Below, piece by piece: positions 38,284 to 48,600 of a stretch of 64,000 nucleotides of DNA (the stretch's first letter is position 1; every line of letters begins with the position of its first letter). The stretch is from Fibrobacterota bacterium (GTDB lineage: Bacteria > Fibrobacterota > Fibrobacteria > UBA11236), in the NCBI GenBank assembly GCA_947466585.1, contig CANIEU010000011.1, forward strand, positions 2,285-66,284, written 5' to 3'. The notes below the pieces were generated by a model. The model was not told the origin of the DNA and ran no database searches. It worked only from the letters and a program-made list of their open reading frames with translations. The position numbers and the translations under genes were made by a program.

Positions 38284-39201
38284 ATGGGTTTGTTCGATAA
38301 AATCCGCGCGGGATTGTCGCGCACGCGCCAGTCCCTCACGCGTGAACTCCTCGCCGCGTTGGGCAAGGGTCGTCTCACAGAGGACGTGCTCGAATCGCTC
38401 GAAGAGAAGCTCCTCGCCGCCGATATCGGCATTGAGACCGCGCAGGCCATTCTCGAAGGCGTTCGCAAGCGCGCGCGCGGCGGCGACGTGACCCCCGACC
38501 AATTGCTGGAGTGGCTCGCCGAGGAGGCGAAAGGGCTGTTGCCCGAACTGCCACCGGCATCAACTCTGGCGCGCCATGGCTCCAAGCCCTACGTGATCCT
38601 CTTCGTCGGGGTGAACGGAGCGGGCAAAACCACTTCGGTCGCCAAGATCGCGCACCGTCTCGTCGCCGAAGGCAACAAGGTTCTGCTCGCCGCCTGCGAC
38701 ACCTTTCGCGCCGGCGCCATTGCGCAGCTCGAAACCTGGGCCGAGCGTGCCGGCGTGGAGATCGTGCGCCATCAGGACGGTTCGGATGCGGCGGCGGTGG
38801 CCTTCGATGCCTACGCCGCGGCCAAGGCCCGCGGGCATGACGTTCTGCTGATCGATACGGCCGGACGCCTGCACACCAAGGACAACCTCATGGAGGAGCT
38901 GCGCAAGCTCGTGCGGGTACTGCGCAAGCACGATCCGGCCCTGCCCCACGAGACCTTGCTGGTGATCGACGGCAACACCGGACAGAACGCGCTGCCCCAG
39001 TTCCGGGGTTTTGGCAGCGTCACCGACCTGACCGGCCTCATCATCACCAAACTCGACGGAACGGCCAAAGGCGGCGCGTTACTCACCTTGTCACGCGAAT
39101 TCGGGGCTCCGGTGCGATGGATCGGGGTGGGCGAAGGCCTGGACGACCTGATTCCCTTCGACAGAGAGGCCTTCGCCCGGGGGCTTTTCTCCGCCGGGTG
39201 A
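38284..39201 (+). CDS. ftsY: Signal recognition particle receptor
   Basis: GVNGAGKTT, DTFRAGA, DTAGR, TKLDGTAKGG, GVGE..DDL. Confidence 0.96.
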   Translation: MGLFDKIRAGLSRTRQSLTRELLAALGKGRLTEDVLESLEEKLLAADIGIETAQAILEGVRKRARGGDVTPDQLLEWLAEEAKGLLPELPPASTLARHGSKPYVILFVGVNGAGKTTSVAKIAHRLVAEGNKVLLAACDTFRAGAIAQLETWAERAGVEIVRHQDGSDAAAVAFDAYAAAKARGHDVLLIDTAGRLHTKDNLMEELRKLVRVLRKHDPALPHETLLVIDGNTGQNALPQFRGFGSVTDLTGLIITKLDGTAKGGALLTLSREFGAPVRWIGVGEGLDDLIPFDREAFARGLFSAG

Positions 39202-39322
39202 CTTCCCAGACGACTTCGGAGGGTCTGTGACCCAAACGTGTCATTTTCAGACAGTCCCGTGACCTTGAAAGAACACAGAGCAAACCCCCGGAAACCGCCT
39301 TCGGCTTTAAATTGAGGACATA

Positions 39323-39649
39323 ATGAACGGGATTCGCGCAATTTTGACAATTGGAGGGGTTGCCCTCCTGCTGGGATGCCAAGTAACCCGATACGAGCCG
39401 GATGCCAAATTTGTAGATTTATATGCGGATCTGAAATTGGTTTCCACCGCCCTTCCGCACGATTTGGCGAAGGCTGGCGAGATGCGCAGGGTCGTACTGG
39501 CCCGGCATGGCATGACACCCGCGGAATTCCACGAGCATTTCATGCGCCTGGCCGGCCACCCGGAGGCTTGGAGACCGTTTCAGGAACGGGTGATAGCCCG
39601 TATGGACGCGATTCAAGAACAACAAAAGGATGCCCAAAATGGCCGCTAA
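39323..39649 (+). CDS. Small helical lipoprotein (DUF4296-like)
   Basis: SD GAGGA, lipobox LLLG-C, F.DLYADL, VL..HG.T..EF. Confidence 0.6.
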   Translation: MNGIRAILTIGGVALLLGCQVTRYEPDAKFVDLYADLKLVSTALPHDLAKAGEMRRVVLARHGMTPAEFHEHFMRLAGHPEAWRPFQERVIARMDAIQEQQKDAQNGR

Positions 39650-39965
39650 TATCGTCGACTTGACCAATGAAAACTTTGACCAGGAAGTGGTATCCTATCC
39701 CGGAACCGTGCTGGTGGACTTCTGGGCTCCGTGGTGCGGCCCCTGCCGTATGGTCGGTCCGGTCGTGGAACAGCTGGCCACCGAATACGAAGGTCGCGCC
39801 AAGGTCGCCAAACTGAACACCGACGAAGCCTCCGAAATTGCCTCGCGCTATGGCATCCGCAGCATCCCCACCTTGCTGTTCTTCAAGAACGGCGAGATGG
39901 TGCAACAACTGGTCGGCGCCTACCCCAAGGGGAAGATCGCCGAGAAGCTGGACGCGGCGCTTTAA
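39639..39965 (+). CDS. trxA: Thioredoxin
   Basis: VDFWAPWCGPC, SIPTL. Confidence 0.96.
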   Translation: MAANIVDLTNENFDQEVVSYPGTVLVDFWAPWCGPCRMVGPVVEQLATEYEGRAKVAKLNTDEASEIASRYGIRSIPTLLFFKNGEMVQQLVGAYPKGKIAEKLDAAL

Positions 39966-39987
39966 TCCCAAACTTCGGACCCCACGC

Positions 39988-40551
39988 ATGAAACCATTTT
40001 CCCACGCCTCCTTATCCGCGCTCTTGCTCGCGCTCCCGCTCTTGGTGGGGCCGACCTGCGCCAAGGCGGCGACGGGAACTCCGGCACAATCCGCACCTTC
40101 GGTGGCCTCCGCAACGGCGGGAAACGCCTCGGTGCAGTGGGTTCCGCTTGAGGACGGCATGAAGCGCGCCTCGGCGTCGGGCAAATACGTTTTCGTCACC
40201 GTCTACACCGATTGGTGCCAGTACTGCCGCAAGCTGAACACGGTCACATTCAAATCAAAGCCCGTGATGGCCGAATTGGCGAAAAACTTTCAGAGCGTGC
40301 GCGTAAACGCCGAAGGCGACAAGTCCGTGCTGTGGAAGGGGAAAAAGATGACCGAACGCCAAGTGGCCAAGGTTTCATGGGGCGTCACCGGATTCCCGAC
40401 CATGCTCTTCATCAGTCCCAAAGGCGAGATCATCGGAAGTTATTCCGCTTATGCGGAACCGGAGTTCATGGTGCAGCTGTTGCGTTACATCTCCTCGGGA
40501 GCCCGGGAGCGCAAGGTGAGCTTCGACGATTTCATCGAAGGAAAAAGCTGA
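39988..40551 (+). CDS. Exported thioredoxin-fold protein (SoxW-like)
   Basis: Signal peptide, YTDWCQYC, GFPT. Confidence 0.82.
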   Translation: MKPFSHASLSALLLALPLLVGPTCAKAATGTPAQSAPSVASATAGNASVQWVPLEDGMKRASASGKYVFVTVYTDWCQYCRKLNTVTFKSKPVMAELAKNFQSVRVNAEGDKSVLWKGKKMTERQVAKVSWGVTGFPTMLFISPKGEIIGSYSAYAEPEFMVQLLRYISSGARERKVSFDDFIEGKS

Positions 40552-41765
40552 TGCAAATCGTCTTCTGGGTATCGGCGTTTCTGCTGGTGCATACCTACAC
40601 CCTTTACCCGCTATCCCTTCCTGTATTGCGCCGCCTGATCCCGTCACGGAAACGCCGATCGACCACCGGTTCGCTTCCGCGCAGGGTCTCGATACTGCTG
40701 GCAGCGTATAACGAAGAAAAGATTCTCGAAGAAAAAATCCAGAACAGTTTCGAGCTGGAATATCCGCGCGGCGATCTGGAGATCCTCGTCGGATCCGACG
40801 GCTCCACCGACCGCACGGAATCGATCGCCGCGCGGTATGCGCCCGACGTCAAACTCTTCGCGTTTCCCCAGCGTTCCGGCAAGGCTGCGGTGCTCAACAG
40901 GCTGGTTCCCGAGTCGCAGGGCGAGATTCTGGTTTTCTGCGACGCGAACACCATGCTTCTCAAAAACGTGCTGCAGAAGTTGCTGGCGCATTTTGAGAAT
41001 CCCGATGTCGGCTGCGTCTGCGGCCGGTTGATCCTCCACGATGCCGGAGAAACCGCACTGAGCATCGGCGAAAGCATCTACTGGAACCTCGAGTCGGAGA
41101 TCAAAAAGCAGGAAGGGCATCTCGGCACCGTGATCGGCGCCAACGGCGGCATTTACGCCATCCGCAAAGAGTTGTTCCGCCCGATTCCCACCGGCATCAA
41201 GGTGATGGATGATTTCTTCGTCACCACCAACGTGTTGCGCGCCGGCAAAGCCGTGGTGTACGAGCCCCAGGCCATCGGCAGCGAAGAAACCTCCCTCGAC
41301 GCCTTCGGCGAGTTCCATCGCAAGGTGCGCATCAGCCAGGCCAATTTCAATTTACTGCCCCGCTACATTCCGCTGCTCAATCCTCTTCGGCCGCTGGTGG
41401 CCTACGGCTTTTTATCGCACAAGTTGCTGCGCTGGCTGGCCCCGTTCATTCTGATCGCCATGCTGCTGTCCAACGTGGTAGCGGTGGCTTCCTCGAAATA
41501 CTATGCCGCCTTGCTGGTCGGCCAGTTTGGCTTCTATCTGATCGCGGCGTTGGGTTACTTCGGCAACGGGCGCACCCGCCGGTACAAATTCCTGCTGATT
41601 CCCTATTACTTCGTCTCCATGAACTGGGCGCTGCTTCTCGGCTGCATCAAGGCGGTGACCACGCGCGACGGCGGAACCTGGAATCGTGTGGAACGCGCCG
41701 AAGCCCGCAATCCCCAGTCCGCCGGCGTCAGCTATCCGCCCATGCGGGCCCAGGCCGGCGAATAA
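40551..41765 (+). CDS. Glycosyltransferase family 2 (CesA/IcaA-like, membrane-bound)
   Basis: AAYNEE, SDGSTD, GKA..LN, DAN, GANG.IYA.R, DDF, RKVRI, terminal TM helices. Confidence 0.88.
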   Translation: MQIVFWVSAFLLVHTYTLYPLSLPVLRRLIPSRKRRSTTGSLPRRVSILLAAYNEEKILEEKIQNSFELEYPRGDLEILVGSDGSTDRTESIAARYAPDVKLFAFPQRSGKAAVLNRLVPESQGEILVFCDANTMLLKNVLQKLLAHFENPDVGCVCGRLILHDAGETALSIGESIYWNLESEIKKQEGHLGTVIGANGGIYAIRKELFRPIPTGIKVMDDFFVTTNVLRAGKAVVYEPQAIGSEETSLDAFGEFHRKVRISQANFNLLPRYIPLLNPLRPLVAYGFLSHKLLRWLAPFILIAMLLSNVVAVASSKYYAALLVGQFGFYLIAALGYFGNGRTRRYKFLLIPYYFVSMNWALLLGCIKAVTTRDGGTWNRVERAEARNPQSAGVSYPPMRAQAGE

Positions 41766-41840
41766 TTCTTCGGGCCGCTTTCAGCGGCCCTGACGTTTTC
41801 CTTCCGTCACCGTGCGCGTTCGCCGATTTATTATTCCGGC

Positions 41841-42326
41841 GTGTCAAACTCTCAAAAACCCACATCTCTCTTGACCGCGCTCGCCCTTATCCTGGTGGGT
41901 GGCGCCGCTTCCATGGCATTCGCCTTGCCGCCACTTGCGATTACGGGAACCTTGGGCCTGCAATCCCATCCCGACTTCGTGGGTTCCGGTTTCGGTTACA
42001 ACCTCGCGGTCTATAGCCGTTTCGACGAACAGGTTCTAATCGGCGTGCAGTCGGGGCAGGGGGTATCGGGCCACCCTGCTTCGGTACCGGTGCTCGCGGC
42101 GGGGTTTATGCGTCTTCCCTTCGGCCGTATTTTCGTGCCCGCCGCAACCGGGGGTATCGGATGGGCGTTGGGGTCGGGGAGCGACAACGGTTTTCTGTGG
42201 CGCGGCGGCGGCCTGCTCGACATCCGCAACGGACGCCGCTCCAGTCTTTTGCTCGGCTGCGAGTACGAAGGGTTCGACGGCCGCGGCGGCCTTGTGGTGC
42301 GCGGCGGCGCGTTGTTGGAACTCTGA
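41841..42326 (+). CDS. Hypothetical small exported beta-strand-rich (outer-membrane barrel-like) protein
   Basis: Signal peptide ending AFA and alternating Gly/aromatic strands; fills the gap between genes. Confidence 0.55.
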   Translation: MSNSQKPTSLLTALALILVGGAASMAFALPPLAITGTLGLQSHPDFVGSGFGYNLAVYSRFDEQVLIGVQSGQGVSGHPASVPVLAAGFMRLPFGRIFVPAATGGIGWALGSGSDNGFLWRGGGLLDIRNGRRSSLLLGCEYEGFDGRGGLVVRGGALLEL

Positions 42327-42342
42327 AACCATCCGGGAAATA

Positions 42343-42996
42343 ATGACAGCGATTTCCAAAACTCTTGTGAAAGTGTGCGGCATCACCCGCGCCGAAGATG
42401 CGCGCGCGCTCGATGCTCTTCACGTCGATTGGCTCGGCTTCAACTTTTGGCCCGGCAGTAAGCGCTACATCACCCCCGAAGCCGCGGCGCCGCTCATCGC
42501 CTCGTTGCGCCATGCCGAACCTGTGGGTGTATTCGTCGATCACACGCCCGAGGAGATCGCGCGCATCGCCGCCCTCACCGGCATCCGCGTGGTGCAGCTG
42601 CATGGCCGCGAAGGCTGGGAGACGCTCGAACGCATCACGCTACCGGTCATCAAGGCGATTCCCCACACGCGCATTGCGGATGGGGGCGGTCTTCTGCCGG
42701 AGTGGTCCTTACGTTCGGGACAACCCCGTCATTTCCTGGTGGACACTCAGGCGGGCAACACCTTTGGGGGAACGGGCGCAACCTTCGATTGGTCGCTGTT
42801 GGTTCCCAACCCTTTGCCGCGCCCGTTTTTTTTGGCGGGCGGTATCGGACCGGAGAATCTCGCTGCCGCGATGTCCGCCTGTCACCCGTTTGCGGTGGAC
42901 CTCAATAGCCGGGTCGAAACCGCGCCGGGCGTGAAGGATGTGGCTGCGGTAATTCGGTGTTTACAATTAATTGAAAATCAGAAATCTGTGTGTTGA
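42343..42996 (+). CDS. trpF: Phosphoribosylanthranilate isomerase
   Basis: VKVCGIT, VQLHG.E, GGTG.TFDW, LAGG..PEN, DLNS.VE..PG.KD. Confidence 0.95.
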   Translation: MTAISKTLVKVCGITRAEDARALDALHVDWLGFNFWPGSKRYITPEAAAPLIASLRHAEPVGVFVDHTPEEIARIAALTGIRVVQLHGREGWETLERITLPVIKAIPHTRIADGGGLLPEWSLRSGQPRHFLVDTQAGNTFGGTGATFDWSLLVPNPLPRPFFLAGGIGPENLAAAMSACHPFAVDLNSRVETAPGVKDVAAVIRCLQLIENQKSVC

Positions 42997-43016
42997 ATGA
43001 GGTCGCCAAAGGCGAA

Positions 43017-43097
43017 GGAATCAATATGAAATCAGAAATGGGATTTACGGATTTGTCTTGCGTTCTTTCATATTTCTGATTTCATATTTCCGATTTC
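43017..43097. repeat. Inverted heptamer-array element (GAAATCA family), second copy
   Basis: ATATGAAATCAGAAAT ... TTTC-ATATTTC-TGATTTC-ATATTTC-CGATTTC between convergent trpF and aguA. Confidence 0.7.
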
Positions 43098-44139
43098 AAA
43101 TCAACGCTTCCTGCATCGAACTGCAGTGGATGGCGCCTTGGCCGTATACCAGCGCGCGGCAGTCGACCGGAACGATCTCGCGGCCCGGGAACAGCTTCTC
43201 GAACAGATGCACCGTTTCCGCGTCGCGCGGATCCTCGAACACCGGTAGCAGCACGGCGCCGTTGAGAATGAGAAAATTCATGTAGGTCGCCGGCGTGCGC
43301 AGACCCGCACGGATCTGCCGGCCCGGCATGGGCACTTCGATGATGTCGAGATCAAACCGCGCCGCGTATTCGTGCAGGCGGGCCGCATTGCGTCGCAGGG
43401 CGGCGAAATTTTCGTCGTTGGGATCGGACTCGACCGCGCAGACGATGGTGCGCGCGTCGGTGAAGCGGGCGAGATCGTCGATGTGCCCGTCGGTGTCGTC
43501 GCCGTCGATCCCTGACTCGAGCCACAGGATTTCGCGCACACCCAGCGACTGCCGCAGTGCGGTTTCGATTTCCGCGCGGGTGTTCGACGGGTTGCGGTTG
43601 GGATTGAGCAGGCACGATTCGGTGGTGAGCAAAAGCCCTTCGCCGTTCACATCGATGGACCCGCCTTCGAGGATCAAGGGCGTATCGATGCGCGGGTAAC
43701 CGCGGTGTGCGGCCATGAAAGCGGGCACGGCATTGTCGGCGTCCCACGGCGGATATTTTCCGCCCCAGGAGTTGAATCCGAAGGAAACCACCATGGGCTT
43801 GACCGCACCGCTTTCATCGACCTGACATACCGTTTGACCGCCGTAATCGCGGATCCAACTGTCGTTGGTTTTGCAGACGAGCACGTCGAGCGTATGCGAA
43901 AACTCCTCGCGGAAGGGAGCGAACCGTTTCTCGAGTTCGGACTTCAGTTCGGGCGTGGAGACAAGCAGGTTCACGTTTTGAAAACGCAATGCGTGGCGGA
44001 TCACGGTTTCATAAACCTGTTTGGCCTCGGGCCACACGGGTGTCCACGTGTCGGCGTTCTGCGGCCAGGTGAACCAGATGGCGCGTTGCGGCGCCCATTC
44101 GGCGGGGAGAGTGAGAGTCGGCAAGGTCGAAGCGGTCAC
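43096..44139 (-). CDS. aguA: Agmatine deiminase (PPAD family)
   Basis: PAEW, WIRD.G, LEGGSID.NG.G, DDTDGHID, G.IHC.S.Q. Confidence 0.92.
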   Translation of the reverse strand: MTASTLPTLTLPAEWAPQRAIWFTWPQNADTWTPVWPEAKQVYETVIRHALRFQNVNLLVSTPELKSELEKRFAPFREEFSHTLDVLVCKTNDSWIRDYGGQTVCQVDESGAVKPMVVSFGFNSWGGKYPPWDADNAVPAFMAAHRGYPRIDTPLILEGGSIDVNGEGLLLTTESCLLNPNRNPSNTRAEIETALRQSLGVREILWLESGIDGDDTDGHIDDLARFTDARTIVCAVESDPNDENFAALRRNAARLHEYAARFDLDIIEVPMPGRQIRAGLRTPATYMNFLILNGAVLLPVFEDPRDAETVHLFEKLFPGREIVPVDCRALVYGQGAIHCSSMQEALI

Positions 44140-45035
44140 GCGTTTCCGCTCCGGTCGAGCATTCCACCGTAAGCGTCGATGCGGCGGTCACGCAAGAAGG
44201 GCCAGGTGCGCCGTTCGGTTTCAATGCGGGCGGGATCGATGTCGGCGAAGATCACTCCCTCGGTTTCGGAATCCATGCGCGCGAGGATTTCACCGCCGGG
44301 GCCGGCGATGAACGAGTTGCCCCAGAAGCGCAGATGGCCTTCGCGGCCCACGCGGTTGGCGGCGGCGACGAACAATCCGTTCGCGATGGCATGGCTGCGC
44401 TGGATGGTCACCCACGCGTCGAGGTGGCGTGCTTCGAGGGCCTTCGCCTCTTCAGGCGACACGGCGCCCGACTCGGAATCGTCCCAGCCGATGGCGGTGG
44501 GGTAGAGCAATACGTCGGCGCCTTGCAATGCCGTGAGGCGCGCGCCTTCGGGGAACCACTGATCCCAGCAGATGAGCACGCCGAGCTTGCCGCCCTGCGT
44601 CGATTTGGTGGGGATGGCCTGGAAGCCGCGATCCCCGGGCGTGAAGTAATACTTCTCGTTGAAGCCGGGGTCGTGGGGGATGTGCATTTTGCGGTAGAGT
44701 CCCGCCACCGAACCGTCGGCATCGAAGACGACCGCCGAATTCTGATACACTCCGGCAACACGCCGCTCAAAAAAAGGAAACACGATGGCGAGATCGAGCT
44801 CCTTGGCGAGGCCTTGCAAGGTTCGGGACGCTTCGGAATCGAGCGTGTGCGCGAGGTCGAAATGCCGTTGACTTTCCTCGATGCAGAAGTAGTCGTGCAG
44901 GATCAGTTCGGGAAGCAACACCGCTTTGGCGCCGCCTGCAGCGGCCTCGCGGATGAGGCGCACGAGGGTGGCGAAACGCTCGGGAGCGATGGCGTTGCCA
45001 CGGCATTGGACGACGGCGAGGCGAAAGGAAGGCAT
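44136..45035 (-). CDS. aguB: N-carbamoylputrescine amidohydrolase (carbon-nitrogen hydrolase)
   Basis: LPEL, YRKMHIP.DP.F.EK.YF, ICWDQWFPE.AR, WPFLRDRR. Coupled to aguA. Confidence 0.9.
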   Translation of the reverse strand: MPSFRLAVVQCRGNAIAPERFATLVRLIREAAAGGAKAVLLPELILHDYFCIEESQRHFDLAHTLDSEASRTLQGLAKELDLAIVFPFFERRVAGVYQNSAVVFDADGSVAGLYRKMHIPHDPGFNEKYYFTPGDRGFQAIPTKSTQGGKLGVLICWDQWFPEGARLTALQGADVLLYPTAIGWDDSESGAVSPEEAKALEARHLDAWVTIQRSHAIANGLFVAAANRVGREGHLRFWGNSFIAGPGGEILARMDSETEGVIFADIDPARIETERRTWPFLRDRRIDAYGGMLDRSGNA

Positions 45036-45076
45036 GGGAGAAAGTTAGCTAACAGCCGTCAGCTACTTCTTCGTGA

Positions 45077-45559
45077 CTAATGGTGGTGTCCGCCGGCGCC
45101 ATGGACGTGGCCATGGGCGAGTTCTTCGTCGGTCGCTTTGCGGATCTCGGCGATGCGGATGGAGAAGTACAGGTCTTTGCCCGCCATCGGGTGGTTGCCG
45201 TCGATGATGATTTCGGTGTCGGTCACTTCGGCGACCGTAACGACGGAGACGCCTTCGGGGCCGCTGGCCTGCAGCATCATGCCGGGTTTGGCATCGGCGA
45301 GTTGCGGCACCGAGGCGCGCGGAATGCCGCGCTTGCGTTCCGGATCGTACTCGCCGTAGCCGTCCACGGCCTTCACTTCGACGTCGAAGCTTTCGCCCAG
45401 GCCGCGGCCTTCGAGGGCGATTTCAAGCCCGGGGACGAGCGTGCCCATCCCCTGAATGAAGAGCAACGGATCTCCGCCGGCATTGGAATCGACGATTACT
45501 CCGGCGTTGTCCTTGAGGGTGTATTCGATACCGACGACGGAGTGTTTTTCGATTTTCAT
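45077..45559 (-). CDS. slyD: FKBP-type peptidyl-prolyl isomerase SlyD
   Basis: VV.IEYTL, PGLE.ALEG, DGNHP.AG, His-rich tail HGHVHGAGGHHH. Confidence 0.95.
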   Translation of the reverse strand: MKIEKHSVVGIEYTLKDNAGVIVDSNAGGDPLLFIQGMGTLVPGLEIALEGRGLGESFDVEVKAVDGYGEYDPERKRGIPRASVPQLADAKPGMMLQASGPEGVSVVTVAEVTDTEIIIDGNHPMAGKDLYFSIRIAEIRKATDEELAHGHVHGAGGHHH

Positions 45560-45569
45560 GGGGGGAAAA

Positions 45570-45693
45570 GATAGTAGGTAGACGGTAGTAGGTAGACGGT
45601 AGAAGTAGGGGGTGAATCGCCGATTTTCCGGAAATATCCTGAGCCGCAGTTTTTTGCGTTCGCTACCTACTACCGTCTACCTACTACCGTCTA
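45570..45693. repeat. Inverted heptamer-array element (GGTAGTA/GGTAGAC)n ... (TACTACC/GTCTACC)n
   Basis: Left arm 45570-45608 and right arm 45663-45693 are near-perfectly complementary. Confidence 0.8.
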
Positions 45694-48600
45694 TTTCACC
45701 ACGCCCAACCGCTGCCACGCCGTTTTTTTGCCGCCGGCGAAGGTGACTTCGCAGAGCACGCTGTAGACATCGGGCCCGAGGCTGCGCAGGTCGAATTCAC
45801 GCACGGGTTGCAGGCCCGCGGCATTCAGAGCGAAGGTTTGGTCCTTCAGGGCCCGACCGGAGAGGTCGTAGACGCGCAGGCGCATAATCGTGCCGGGTGC
45901 GCCGATCTTGAGATGGATTTTCGCGATCCCGCCCCGCAGCGGGCTGGGATAGAGGTGGAACTCTTCGATAGCTTCGCGATCGACTTCAACGGCAGGCAGC
46001 GCGAGCGCGGAAAGATCGAGGCGTTGCGCGCGTCCCGCATCGCCGCCGGGCATCAGCCACCCGGCGAGTGCGCCGCGGGCGTTTCCGAGGTTCCAGACGC
46101 TCAATAATCCGGTGGCGGTTTGCGCGATGAGGTTGAGATCTCCCGTGCCGGTGTCGAGCCGCGCGAGCGAGATATGCACGAAGGGGCTGCGGTTGGAGTC
46201 GAGGCTGAGCCCCCCCACGGAGAGGGGCCAGTCGGCCTGGTCCGACATAAGTTTGCCCGAGCCTTGAGTGGCGGCGGGGTTGGCGAGCAGTGAGCTGTAT
46301 GAGACGGCGCGTCCGTTGCTGTCGACGGCGTACACGAGTCCGTCGGGAGAGGCCACCAGCACGGTGGTGGCGCCGCGCACGGTGAGCGCCAGCGGCGTAG
46401 AGCCGATCATGGCGCCGGAGAGGTAATTGCGGTTCGAATAACCGAGGCCGACTTCTTGATGCGGTTGCGGACGGAAGGGCCAGCCGCGCACCACAGCGCC
46501 GTGCCAGTCGTAGGCGTAGACGCCGTTCGCACCGGTGAAGACGATATCGGGACGGTGGTCCCCGTTGAGGTCGGCGAGTGCGGGCGGGCTCGCGTCTTCG
46601 GTATAGTACGTGCCGAACGAGTCGACGAGGGCGGCGCGGCGCGGCAGGCGTTGCGGCCAACCTGACAAGGTCTGGCCCGCCTTGTCGGCGCGCACGTGGG
46701 CGATCAGGGCGGCGCCGCGGGAGCCGAGCAAGAGCGCGTCGTCTGAGCCGTCGCGATCGAAGTCGGCAACGGTGACGGAGTACCGTTCGTTACTGTCGTT
46801 CGCGAAGCCCGAACCCCAGACAAGGTTGAGTGCGACGAAGCGCGGCGCTGCAGGCGCGGAGGGGTTCATGCGCAACAGGGCGCCTGCACCGGAAGTGCGT
46901 CCGGCGACGAGCACTTGCGACGAGTCGGAGCCGGTGCCGAACACCACACCGGCAAGTGTCTGCCAGTTGCCCGCCGGCAGGGCTTCAAGGCCCCCATCCG
47001 TACCCGATAGATTCGCGTTCCACCAGCGCAGGTTGTTGGCGCTGTCAAGCGCGAACACGCGTCCGCCCCACACCATGGGACCCGCTTTGCCCGCGAAGGA
47101 GAACAGCGTATCGTTGCCGCCGCGCAGGTGCAGGGTCAGGGTCGTATCGGGATCCCACGCGACGTTCAACGAGTCGGCGCGTGCATGCACGGCCCGCAGA
47201 CCCTGCGGGGTGAGTACGAAGAGCAGCGAATCTGCGGCGACTGCGGATCCGAGCACGATGCCGCCGGGGTTTACCATCGAGTTCACGAGTGCGGCATTGT
47301 CGGGCCGCGTGTTACCTGACGACAACAGCACGTGCACGCTGTCGTAAAAGGCCTGATCGCGGACGGTGTCGCGCGAGGCGAGGGCGGGGCGGCCCAGTGC
47401 GGTGTACGTCTGAAAGAGACCGCTGTCGGCGGCGCTGATCACATAGGCGCGTCCGCTGCCGTCGCGCAGCACGTTCACGGCGCGCGGGTTGCCGGCAGCG
47501 GCGGTGCGCACCGGCCAGCGCGAACCAGTGGGCCTCTGCACGGTGTTGTTGTCGGCCCAATGCACGCGCAGGGTGAGCGAGGTGTCGCGGAAGGTGAATA
47601 CCGAGTCGCCGCTAAAGCTGCTGACACCGCGCGCGAGCGCGGGGCTCGCGGGGAGCAACCCTTCAAGCGTGATATGGGTGCGTCCGTCGTTCCATGCGTT
47701 GGTGTTGGCGAAGCCGTAGGAGCCGATCACCGACAGCGTGTCGGTCGCGGACCAAGTGGTGTCCTTGGGCGGGTTTTTGCGTTTGCGGAAGATGTGCGGC
47801 AGCATGTCGCGTGCGGTTCCGTAATCGAAGGCGGGTTGACCGAGCGGATCGGAGAACTCCTTGCCCACGCTCGGCACGCCGTCGGCTTCCACGAGTTCGA
47901 GGCCTTTGTACTGGTTGCGCAAGGTGTCGCCGAGCCAAGCGTTCACCGCTCCCGAAGGAAGGATCTGTTCGAGGAACCATTCGTTCACGTGCCACACGAG
48001 CATTCCGTTGCCGGGCAATCCGGCGTCGTAGTTGCTGGCGCGCGTGATGACGCCGCGCGGGCGGCGGGGGTTCTTCGTTTTAGTGGCGCAGGGGTTGTTG
48101 CCCGTACCCGTGCACAGGGAGTCGAGAAACAGGGAGTCGAGAAAGTTGTACGCGACCGTGACGGAGGAATCCTTGGTAAAGCGGTAGTCCACGTCGCTGG
48201 CCGGCAGGCTGAACCACACCGTGACGGAATCCTTGCCGGCGGAACGCTGACGGTTTTCCACCAGCAGGTATTCGCGTTCGTTGATGGGAACCTTAACGGT
48301 ACGGACGCGGTTTGCAGCCGGTTGGTCGGCGGCGTTGAGACGGTAGTCGGACCAAGTATTGTTGCCGGCATCGGCGGGGCGGGCCACCACGGGATCGTCC
48401 CAACCCATGAAGGTGCGCACCCAAGCGGAGGGGAATACCGGCAGAAAGCCCTGCATGCTGTTGTAGCCCGCAAAGTCCATCACGTCGAAGGTGCCCACTG
48501 AAGAGATGCCCTTCACAACGTCGAATAGGTCGGGCAAGCCCATCTGACGTGCGAGCTGGTTGATAAGGATGCCGTTGATGCCCCAGTTGATCTTGTCTTG

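Noticed and set aside
41772-41790. Hairpin after the GT2 gene as a terminator
   Set aside because: The 8-bp stem has no immediately adjacent U-tract, so it is not supported well enough to list.
45570-45693. Short repeat arrays as a CRISPR array
   Set aside because: Units are 7-8 nt in tandem with no unique spacers, and no cas genes are present.
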